Assembly: GCA_000320545.1 (NCBI GenBank)
Contig: ADNK01003172.1
Coordinates: 1-45,933, forward strand
Direction of reading: 5' to 3'
Length of the DNA: 45,933 nucleotides
From: Bigelowiella natans CCMP2755
Lineage: Eukaryota > Protista > Cercozoa
The notes under the pieces are model-generated. The model had not been told where the DNA came from. It saw nothing but the letters and a program-made list of their open reading frames with translations, and did not search any database. The position numbers and the translations under genes were made by a program. Below are positions 11,226 to 22,088 of the stretch, piece by piece (position 1 is the stretch's first letter; each line of letters starts with the position of its first letter).

Positions 11226-11688
11226 GTTTATCTATCTCCTCTTTCTTCTTAGATTTAGCTCCTGAAGGCGCTGTGAGTTTCGGGGAGTACACCTTCATTA
11301 TGCCGGAGGGATACAAGCCGTACGTCCCCCCCAGCCCGGTTAGTTAACACAATAGGGGTTCGTGACGCTAGAGGGGAAAGGAGGGGGGGGGGGGGGGGGG
11401 GGGGGGGTAGATTCGACATGTAGTATCTATTGTCTTAAGTTTTTCCGTTTCGTTGACTTGAACGTCAATAAAACATATTTGCAGAAGAAAGTATCTTCCT
11501 GATTTGTATTCACTGCCACATATACCCTCGATGATGAACGTAATTTTGAGCTCGAGCTAACAGCGAGTTGAGTTTTACTGATGAATCACCAGGAGGAGGT
11601 GCTACCCCCTGACGAGTTGAGGTCTACTATCTTCGATGATCCCGACATGGATGAAGAGGATTATTTCCCGAAACAACCTAGAATCTAA
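8859..11688 (+). CDS. Probable plastid-targeted NIPSNAP-like (dimeric alpha/beta barrel) protein, about 10 exons
   Basis: Hydrophobic leader plus S/R-rich transit-like stretch; spliced core TARWSIDCRYGSKYAAVELVQEWMRTIG..RLLSGAVGVKESRLEMEVDMPSFAALETFWSSIPMEEHMDWSERMKPHMVDGSPEWQVYR, recalled as similar to an uncharacterised bacterial/green-algal family; C-terminal FDMEGKPIKLNKGDKIP; 5' splicing uncertain. Confidence 0.7.
10154..10243. repeat. Intronic (CA)n and (TA)n microsatellites
   Basis: Direct inspection. Confidence 0.95.
11383..11407. repeat. Intronic poly-G tract (about 25 nt)
   Basis: Direct inspection. Confidence 0.9.
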
Positions 11689-11940
11689 GCGTTGAGATAA
11701 AAACAGCAGCAACTAGTGTGGTAGATATGTTGTAGATCTAGACACACTGATAACGACACGTTCATATATTCACGTTCAGAATTAGTGTATGGCCCGACAT
11801 TGCTGCCGTGCATTTACGTCGAATGCTATGATGAGATGGTGTTTGAGGTAGTAAACGATGGGCAATGAAGACTATGCTGATTGCAAGTGCATTGCATTGC
11901 GCACAATGGACACGTAATGCTAGACATACAGCAACACCTA

Positions 11941-12720
11941 GATGTGCGCACATGGAACTTGGAGATGAACAGGTGCATGGAGTCACAATCGCTCAACTTG
12001 CTTCGTGTCAATTCTCCATCTGGCAACTGCGCCAAAACCAAACAAGTTTGCATTGTCGCGCTCGGCAGTGGCTGCTCAAGACACATTTTCCTTTTGCATC
12101 ATCTGTCCACATTGCGAAGCAAAACTGGCCCACAAGTCAAAGAACTTTGGACTTTCTCGTGCATGTACTCGCCCCTTCATCACTACATCACACCAGCTAG
12201 CCAGCTCAGAAAAAATGAGCTCCCTTTTCACATGGTTTTGGATGGAAGGAAGGACACACAAGGAAAGAAAGAAAGAATCGAAATTCATCACTCTGTGCGC
12301 TTGCAATTGTCGCACTCTCAGCAGCATCAAACCAAACGTGTGAAGCAGCAATTGCAAGGAACAAGAAAGAAAGGAAACAGGAAGAAAGAAAGGAAGAAAG
12401 AAGGAAACGAAGAAAGAAAGGAAACGAAGAAAGAAAAAAGAGCTTTCATGATCGGAGCGGATGAAAGGATCATGTGGGACTCGCAAATTCACCCGTGTCC
12501 TCCCAATCAACTGGATCACCAAGAAAAATTGAGGGTGTGTTTCACATCCGCCCGCCCCGGCACTTGAAACAAGAAACGTGAAACATTGTGCGGTTGACAA
12601 CAGACACAGTGACATCATGTGCAGTGCACATGTCATGTTGCATGCCTGTCTCGACCTTCAGGAAGCCGTGGACAACCACAAGGAACAAAAGACTCTCGGC
12701 GAGTTCATGAAATTCTGCAG
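11941..12720. other. TpA-erased tract containing a (GAAA)-rich low-complexity block
   Basis: 3 TA in 780 nt; none in 12200-12720. Confidence 0.85.
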
Positions 12721-13190
12721 TAAGTACCTCGAGGGGGCTGGTGGTCAACTCGTGGACCAGAAGTTCCTTCCTCGCATCGTGGAGGGTGAAGTGCGAGTTC
12801 TCATGATTGGGGAAACCCCAGTTGAGCTCATCCACAAAAAGCCTGTGGGCGGTGGTATCTCTGCTACTACAGACTATGGGCTCCGGCGCGCGCTACGTGA
12901 CATATCCTCCCAATGACGCTAAATTCGAGCTTCTGATGTCGACCTTTATGGCGGATCTTCCTAAGCTGATGGACGCTCTTGGGTTGACCGGGAAGCCTCT
13001 ACCTCTCATTTGGACTGCTGACTTCATTCTCGGCCCTAAGAAGGACGGCAAGGACACCTACTTCGTTGGGGAGTTCAACTGCTCGTGCGTTGGCATCATC
13101 AAGCAGCTCTCACGTGCTGTCGAGGTTGGCATGGCAGCTGTCAAGAACTGCGGGGGCGAGCCTCTCGCAATCCTCAAGGAGCAGCCCAAG
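12650..13190 (+). pseudogene. Truncated, frameshifted first Cj0069-family ATP-grasp repeat
   Basis: Homology to the downstream repeat starts abruptly at LDLQEAVDNHKEQKTLGEFMKFC; a 7-nt insertion near 12866-12876 shifts the frame; then TMGSGARY..PLIWTADFILG..GEFNCSCVG. Confidence 0.75.
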
Positions 13191-13331
13191 CAACCTTTTG
13201 GAAAGATTCCCATCATCCAATGTAAAGGGGGCGTAGACAAGGCGAGGAACGGTCACCGTCCTGACACTATCCCCATTTGCAATGCACTCATCCAACTGGT
13301 AGTATCGAACATGTACGACATCATGTGCACA

Positions 13332-13375
<44 letters not shown>

Positions 13376-13453
13376 ACATGTACATGTGTATACATGTATG
13401 TACACACATGTAAATACACATACATAATTATGTCCTGCGTATGCATGCTTGCA

Positions 13454-13496
<43 letters not shown>

Positions 13497-14486
13497 ATAC
13501 GCTATGCTAACCACTTTCTTATTTTCCTTCCTACTACCTCCCAGGGATGGTATTCCGAGCCCATCTTCTACACCGATAAGGATGAGGCTAAGATTCGCAA
13601 GTACCTTGAAGAAAGCGATGGCTACATTTGCCGCGTCAACCCCGGCAAGTACGACGGTGTCACGCAGAGCAAGCTCGACAGACTTCTCAACGACATGGTA
13701 AAAGCTGGTAAAAAGGGAATGTTCTCTGCTGAGGCCATGCAGAAGATGGGCGCCAAGGATGCGCTTGTCAAGATCAAGAATCTTGAATGCGGACTTTCCT
13801 GCACCGCCGCTTACTACGACATGAAGGAGTTGAAAGCCGGATTCCCTAAAACCATGGCTTCGGGTGATACGCGTGTCCTCAAGCAAAACCGTGGATCTCA
13901 AGGAGAAGGTATCTGGGTATGCAAGCTCGCCGAGGGAGAGGAGAAGAAGATCACGGACGGTGTCTGTCCTGATGACACACTGCTGGATCTTCAGGAGGCC
14001 TTCGATAATCACAAAGAGCAGCAAACCCTTGGTGACTTCATGAAGTTCTGCAAGAAGTATCTTGATGGTGAGAATGGACAGCTTGTGGACCAGAAGTTCC
14101 TTCCTCGCATTGTGGAGGGTGAGGTGCGAGTCTTCATGATTGGGAGCCAGCCCATGGAGCTCATCCACAAGAAGCCAGCTGAAGGCGGGATCTCTGCGAC
14201 AATGTCATCTGGCGCTAAGTACGTCAAGTATCTGCCAGATGACGCGAAGTTTGCTCTTCTGATGAGCAAGTTCAAGGCTGATCTCCCCAACTTGATGAAA
14301 TCGCTTGACCTCGAGGGACAGCCTCTGCCTCCCATTTGGACTGCAGACTTCATCCTAGGCCCTAAGACCGCTGATGGGCAGGACACCTTCTTCGTTGGGG
14401 AGTTCAACTGCTCGTGTGTGGGAATCAGGAAGCAGCTCGATAAGGCTGTGGGTGTGGCTGAGGCAGTTATTGAGACGTGCTCGTAA
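12876..14486 (+). CDS. Cj0069-family (DUF6815-like) ATP-grasp protein; complete second repeat, one intron 13299-13544
   Basis: KGGVDKARNGHRPDTIPICNAL/GW..RVNPG..MGAKDALVKI..RVLKQNRGSQGEGIW..FLPRIVEGEVR..IHKKP..PPIWTADFIL..GEFNCSCVG match remembered Cj0069 motifs; start and expression uncertain. Confidence 0.85.
13335..13495. repeat. Intronic (CT)n and (TG)n microsatellites
   Basis: Direct inspection. Confidence 0.95.
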
Positions 14487-15427
14487 GATGCGTTGTGCTT
14501 TCAGCATTTTAGACATCCGCAATGATGTTCCCCCCATTAGTAAATTGTTTGAATTTGAAGTTGGGGTTGCTACTACCCTCGCCTGCTTTGCCCAAGAGTA
14601 GAATCTTTCTCATGAACCTCGAGATTCATTTGCAACATACTTTTACATGACGCCATTTAATCATTTCCTCACTGCGTTGTTTCGGCGAATTTGATGTCGA
14701 ACATCCTGCATCCAATCTTGTCCTTCTTCATTCTGTTTGTGAAGTAGTTACTGCTAATGCCTAGCTCTGATCCTGATCATTCGTGAACACAATTTGTGCA
14801 CGTAGCGCAGGGCAGGTGCATCGTAGTTAGTGCAGCGCATGACAGCCATCCGACCTCCCTCATTTTGCACACACGTGCACCTCATGGGTGTCGTGGCATC
14901 GCAGAGCTCATCGTATCGTGTGTGTCTGACACAATTGGAAAAACTAGGAATCGACTATGCTGCCAGGCTAGTAGGTGTGCACGACCTCAGAGCACCCATA
15001 TCTAGATAATATGATTTTGACCACACATGCATGTGATGGACGTGCATGTGGCAGCCGCTATTTTGGGTTTTGATCGAATGCTGGCATGTTACATATGATG
15101 TGCACAAACCCGCATACAAGCTAACAAAGCTTTCATGCAAGATTCGCAATTGCATGAAAGTGCAACAGGAAAAATCTGACGCAGCTCGCGCGATGCTCGG
15201 TTGTCATTCAAACTGTTTCTCAGTGATGCGGTGCTTCGCTTGCGCATCACTTACGATGTTGTTATTATTCGCACATCAGCAGTACGCTCTCAATGTATGG
15301 CTATGTCTGGATGTTACATTATAACGTTGAGCGAGAGGCGCATAATTATTGTTATGCTGTCAGCATGCAATGAGTTTCGCGCTCGCAATACGGTGCTACT
15401 ACTAGCATATGCATAACTTTGCAGCCA

Positions 15428-15653
15428 TCAAAAAAGCCCGGAACAGCAGCAAGCGCAGCAATTCTTCACGAAACCCTTCAGAATGTCACGCCCATACGGG
15501 ATGTACGTTGCCGAATACCAAACCAGTGCGCAGAACTGTATGATACATAGTATCAGTGAAATGCACAACACATTGCCAACACTACAGCAAGCAGCACAAT
15601 GGATAAAATGTCACAGATGAACAAAAACTAATACACACACACACATAAATACA

Positions 15654-15736
<83 letters not shown>

Positions 15737-15861
15737 TTGTTAACAAATATATCTATGATATAACACCTGAAAACTTATCAAAGGGAGCACAAAATAGCCT
15801 GGCACCTTTCGAAATACTGCGACAACGGTAACTATCATAGAGCCCAGATATACCTGAAAAA

Positions 15862-15908
<47 letters not shown>

Positions 15909-17398
15909 ACACATATTGTATCTATGCACAAACACATAAATGTGAATACTTGTATGCAGCGGCAATGTACAGCAGCATATCACCCCCACACATTCTACAA
16001 CTACTACTACTACTGCTACTACTACTACTACCAAAGTTGCACTCCGCCGCTCTGGATCGAACATCTTCTTCAACTGGTTGCAGGGCCCCATTAGAAACAT
16101 CAGGCTAGAGGAAAGAGGGAAGTAGAGAGGAGAGAATATGACGGTGTGATAATGATGATGATGAAGATGAAGAAAAAGAAGCAACAGTATCATTACCTCA
16201 CAAAAATATTTTAGTTTAAACTATAAATATATACATCCAAGATAAATGTATGCTTGTGTGCACGAGGCACGCGCACATGATATGCACACGCGCAAACCTG
16301 CAGATGCTGAGAAGATTTCCGAGGGTGTACGTCATTGCAAACTTCGCGGGTCTATACATGATTTGGGCCAGGGAAAAAGTCGATAAGACTTGACCGACAA
16401 CAGAGCGACAACGGAGAGGGAAAGAGAGAGAGTCAGAAACGCAACCGCGATAACGATGACAATGGTGATGGCGAGAGGAATGAGACTAGATCAATTTCAA
16501 CACAGTGCTAGCAGCATCAACCTTTCACTTTCTGCGCACAGCTGTACGTTTAATTTAATGCCAAATATGTTGGGGGAGGGGGGGGGCGGGGAGTATCTAT
16601 ATTATTTACATGAAATTAAGCAGCCAAAACCGAAGAAGATGCCGAATCCCCATAGGCGCTGTTCCCACGTGAGAGGGGGTATACAGCCGCACGATGTCTT
16701 AAAATTATATCATGAAAAAAGGTTAGGTCCTCATCCGTAAGCAGGTCTCCCCTTTCCTCCCCGCCTCTTGTTTTGAGTTGTCTAATATGTCATATGTCAT
16801 TTTCGTACAATGTACTCCAGTGTCGTCTGCGGTCTCTTCTCTTCTTCGATACCCATCACCGATTTGACCTGCCATGCACGCAGCGGGATGTTGCTACTTC
16901 TACTATTTTCATAATGTGAAATATGCGCTTGCACCACACACGCCAGTATCAAACATATATAAAGCTAGATATATGTGCACGTACGTGTGTGTTTATAGTT
17001 GAACACACACACACGCACACGCACGCACAATACACAAATAATTGTATATATATGTGTATATAATTGAATATGTGTGTGTGTATCAAAAAATGTATATTGT
17101 CTTATATACACCCAAGCTTTCATCAATGTTACAAACATGATAATCTGCACATGCTGCTTTCTGGTTAGCATTCAGATGATCTACCCTTCCCATCATGTTT
17201 GAAAGTATGTTGCTTTCGTCGTCTACGTCATCGTTCATCTGGAATGAATGAAAGAGTTAAGCGTGTGAGGATGTAACTCGCGTCTTCTCACGTTCTCTCA
17301 TTAATTTTTAGGGAGATGAAAAACAGAAAGAATCAAAGGAAGGAGGCTGAGCTATTCAATGTCACCCATAGGCCACCTTCTCTTAATCCTTCCGTCAT
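15428..17398 (-). CDS. SFT2: Got1/Sft2-family vesicle transport protein
   Basis: Exons LTWEQRLWGFGIFFGFG / PAKFAMTYTLGNLLSICS / FLMGPCNQLKKMFDPERRSAT / FCALVWYSATYIPYGRDIL; start uncertain. Confidence 0.9.
15657..15733. repeat. Intronic (TA)n-(TG)n compound microsatellite
   Basis: Direct inspection. Confidence 0.95.
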
Positions 17399-18182
17399 AA
17401 TTAGACAGGGAGAAAGAGATCGAAACCCTCCTTAAGAAGAAAGAATCATCCATCGATATCTCTCATCACACCTGAATATCAGCGACTTCGATATCAGAAT
17501 CCTTAACCGGTTCATAGGCTGGCTCATCGCTATCCGAGAAACCCAAGGCGGAGCGGACGCCATTAGCGAAAGCAAGCATGTCCCGTCTTCTCGTCGGTAG
17601 TCGGCGTTGTGCCTAATACTTAGACACAAATATTACGAAGTTTTATGGTAGTCACGTTTACGATATCCACTACGTATCCATTCAAAATATAGCGTACTGT
17701 TCAACAGGTTGCAGACATCATACCCCATAAACATCTAAAAAGAACCTTCCGTTTCTCTCTTCCCATCTACGAGAGCAAAACGAAGGCCAAACCGGCTACG
17801 AGTTGTTGTTGCGAGTGTTGGCTTTTCTGGGGCGTCCATGAGATTCCGGAGACTCACGTCATCACCGTCATTCAACAGTACGTCATAATTTTGAGGTTGT
17901 CGTAGATATGAAATTTAATGTTATTTTACTGAAAATGGAGCTTCACTTCTCGGTTCAAAACAGCATCTGCATTCGTGAGCGAGAGACGGAGAGGGGAAAG
18001 AGGAGCTGACAGACGAAGCACACCCATACGAGTGAGCAGCTAATCACACTTGGAAGATTCTAATCTTACCTCTTCCGCTGTTCCAAATCCCTGCTTCAGC
18101 CGTGCCCTTCACTTCCGAGAAGAGCTTTGCTGATCATTTTCCCTGCCTCAATTGCAACTTTGTGTTCAATATATGTGTTAAG

Positions 18183-19208
18183 ATGGCAACTGTGGTGGTT
18201 GGCGGAATAGCCGCTGTGGCTGCGGCGTTCGGGTATTACTTTTACAGAGGAAGGGCAAGGAAGGATCCGCTTCAAGGCGGTTTAATTGGAGAAGATCAAG
18301 CAGGAGCTCCAAATGGCGAGGGCGATCCTCAAGATGGCGCGGCAGACGTGAATGGAAGGGCAGGAATGGCAGAAAATGGGTCAATTTTGCTAATGCATAA
18401 TAATTGGATCGGAACTCTCACGCAACTTACCATATTCAACCAAAACTATTGTTGATGTTTATCTTCCTCTGAAGAGACGATGACCCTCCCACGCGACCCT
18501 GCAACGCCCCCCCCTCCCCCAATTCTCTTCCGCATCTGTTTCCATTGCCTTCGTTGCAGTGTACTGAAATGTGTGGTCCTCCAGAAAGCGGGACGAAGGA
18601 GTTGGGTCGGGAGAGGCAGTAGAGGTAAATATGGAAAACAAGGGCAATCAACAACAGCAGGTAAGATTATGCTAATAAACACTCACACTTCTAGGCACCC
18701 GATGAAGACAAATTTGCACTGATTTTATTTTTATAGGGAGATGGTGGTCACCTTCCGGAAGGGTGGTCGAAACACACGCATCCAGAAACGGGGAAAATGT
18801 ATTATTACCATCAGGTAGTGATACAACGACACGGCCACAATCAATCAATCACTTTATGCTCGATTTTGCAGGCATCAGGACAATCATCATGGAGCTTTCC
18901 CAAGGATCAAGAGAAAGTTTGTTCCTAATCCTCATTTTCAGTTGCAGGGAGAAGTATTTGGCTTATAAAAGTTGATATTTGCTTGCAAAGGAAACAGAGC
19001 TGCCGGCTGGGTGGACGAAGCACTACGACGCTGAAGGAACCCCGTAACTGAGCATGATACACATCTATGCTAATCATGATAATGTTTTAACTATTGAGTT
19101 ATCTCCTTACAACTGTGTTTGTTTTCTATCTGTATATTTTTTCTGTTTAGATATTACTACAATAGTACAACCGGAGAGTCAGAGTGGGAGATACCTTCCT
19201 TCGGATAA
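18183..19208 (+). CDS. Protein with an N-terminal membrane anchor and two WW domains
   Basis: MATVVVGGIAAVAAAFGYYFYR; LPEGWSKHTHPETGKMYYYHQASGQSSWSFP; LPAGWTKHYDAEGTPYYYNSTTGESEWEIP. Confidence 0.9.
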
Positions 19209-19843
19209 GACAATCTATTGAACCGATCAAGTTCCAGCCTTGTTAGCGATATTCAAAGTTACGAAAAAAATTGTAATTACCAGCAGATGATATGGACAAA
19301 ATTCTTGTTTTAGTGTTGTCTCCAGGTGACTTTTGGGTCGAATGTGCAATGTACGTGATAGATGAACATTTCACCATTAAACACTAGAATAGACTAATGT
19401 GCATGAGCAGCAATATTACAACAGCATCTTTTGAAATGGCTGTCCCGTTCGCGCCTTAACTAGTTAACAATGTGAGCACCACTGTGCTGACACTAGCTAG
19501 CTAGCGTGATGACGCTTTTGTTGGTGCTTGCGCCATAACGAGCACGACTGACAAGTGCAGCTCTGGTGTTCGATTGTGATGCGCAAGCTATCGGCAGCTG
19601 GGGGAAGGTATTGCAGCCACCAAGTATAGGAAGTACCATGCACACATGGATGGATTTTGGAAAACTGTCGCAATAGCAGAATAAATTGTGAAAAATGATA
19701 AGGAGCAACATGCATGTAAGTACATCTAGACATGAACCCTGAAGGCGTGCATGCATGCGACGCAGTTGCTGTGCTCCCAGTGAATCAGCATCAATTTTCA
19801 TCTGAGTGTGTGATTTCAGGGCTAGGATCCAACAACGATCTTA

Positions 19844-21682
19844 TTACTCTTCGGAATCTTTAACTTCTGCCAATTTAAAACCACACTTTAGAAGATCCCA
19901 GTGAAAGATGTTGCCGTCTAATCCTGCTGTTGCAAACGATGAAGCGAATCCATCTTCGTTATAGAATGGGATGGTCTCCCTTTGCGTGCCAAAAAAATCA
20001 TGTTAGTAAGTTCTGAATGTAATTTTCAAAATGCGAGGCACACATTATCTGATTCTGGTGTAATGTTGCCAGCTGGGGAGATGTTGCGGTCTTTTCGGCG
20101 CGTACAGAAACCCCTAATTTGTAAAATTTCTTCCTGTCAAATTCTAAAAATTGATTGCCTCTTGACATTTGATTTAAGAGCTACTTTCGAACATGTTCCT
20201 GCTGGCAGAGAATTTTCCTTTACTTCTAGGAGACTTCGCGCCCTTCTTCTTGTCCACTTTACCTTTCAACTCCCTGTAAGACGATTGTGGAGTCAAAGTT
20301 ATAGATACTTTTCTGCCTCGGATGAAAATCAAATTGGAGAATAATTGGAGCAAAGAAAAAAAATTTTGCACGTTAAAAAAGTTTTGGTGTACCATTCGGG
20401 CTCAGCCCCATAGGAATCTGATGCCACGAAAATGTACGGAGCTGCATCAAATCCGGATGCTACAACGCATTTGTTGGATAAGAATTCAACCGACAAAAAC
20501 GGGAGCGCATTATGGCGGATTGTTGTCACTTCCGGGGGGCCATCACTTGTAATTTGAACGAAATGAATCGTCGATCCTTGGCCTAAATTTATCGATTGAA
20601 CCACGTATAACCATATTTCAGTCTAGATTTTGCTTTAAGGGTTCTAGATATTTTCTTTCTCAGCTTTGCAAACGCGATAAATTATAATCAGGATCTTAAC
20701 CGGTAAAGGCGAGGCGGAAGGCACTGGGTGACCAAGCCACATCATGCACCCATGCTTTTGAGACGCTGAACTCGGCCAGGATCTCACCAAAGACGTGTTG
20801 GTTTTTGAATACCGCCCCAAATCCATGTTCGTCATCCCTTGGAAAAAATGTGCGTGCATTAGAATGGATGAACGAATTAAAATTCGCCAGATCAATTCAA
20901 GTTTATCCTACTCCGAATCTCTTTCAGGGTCAAAAGCAGAAATTATTCTGCATCGGTAATCCGTGCTTCCAGTTACGATGAACTGTAACGGGTATACGTG
21001 AATACAAGTATGTTTTTCAATTGAGATGTTTTCATTCAAGCTCTACCTTGTTATTCGGACACCATGCCACTGAGAGGACAGTACTTTTATGTTTCTTTGT
21101 AGGTTTACTAGGCCACCATTTATGTTTCTCCTCATAATGGCAAATGGCTACAATTTTTGCGGAGCTTGCAACAGCAAATTTGTTCCCTGAGTTAATTTGA
21201 AAATTAGTTCAAACCTCTTAATACATAATGATGGATTTTCATCAACCTTCAGGAGACCACCGGCACATAGTTGCGGCTCGATTAACACGAAGAAGCACAA
21301 GACTTGGCTCCCAAACATCCTCCTTTTCTTTGAAACTCCAAACATACGCATTTCGATCATGTGCGCAGGTAAGAAGAAAACCTGTCTCATTGCACCAATC
21401 GATACTCGACACGACCCCGGTATGCTTTGTTAATCATTTTTTGAAATTTATCAAAGAGATTTTTCATAAGTGAGGCAATACCGGTATCAGAACATCAGAA
21501 CAAGGAATCGTTGATTCATCGACCTCAGTCAAAATGTAGGTTGGCGTTGGTTCCCACTTCTTACAATCTTTCTTTGAATTAGTCTTGTAAATGTGCACTT
21601 CCTCATTGTTCGGGGAAAGCGCAACCATAGAAAAATCCTTGTTGAAGGCAAAGCATGTGATGCCGCTGATGGCTCGTTTCAT
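19844..21682 (-). CDS. ARPC1: Arp2/3 complex subunit 1 (p41, WD40)
   Basis: [25 protein letters not shown]; [12 protein letters not shown]; [11 protein letters not shown]; [14 protein letters not shown]; [10 protein letters not shown]; TLHQNQI; FATAGLDG. Confidence 0.95.
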
Positions 21683-22088
21683 CTTCCTCTCTTTCTGCAC
21701 GCAAATATCTCTAAATCTCAACCCAAGTGAGGATAAGCAACCCAGAACATCAATAAATGACCTATAAATGAAGCTTCCGACATTAAATATGGACTTCTTT
21801 TTGGTATTGAACGGATAAATAAATTTGAAAATTGTGTCCCACCTTTGGCCTGGAAATGAGAGCAAACAAAATTATTATGGCGGACACGATGTGTGTCCAA
21901 ATTTTCCATTGTATCAAATTTTTAAGCCCATTTCTAAGGCGGAATAGAGGGGATTTCCCCTAGGACAATCGGCGCAAGAGTCATTTCCTTTTGCGGATGG
22001 ACAAATCAACTGGAAAATCAAGGGGTTTTCCACATTCCACATCTACTGATGTTCCAGTCCATCACACTCTTGCGACAATCATGTCGTA

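Noticed and set aside
11835-12000. Possible remnant of the N-terminus of the first Cj0069 repeat (TMLIASAL..W, GVTIAQL)
   Set aside because: Motif spacing does not match repeat 2; similarity too weak without an alignment
11881-12636. Long ORFs of 228 aa (+) and 186 aa (-), and similar ORFs in 6316-6670 and 22018-23383
   Set aside because: Explained by loss of TAA/TAG stops; His/Cys-rich, Tyr-poor, no recognisable domains
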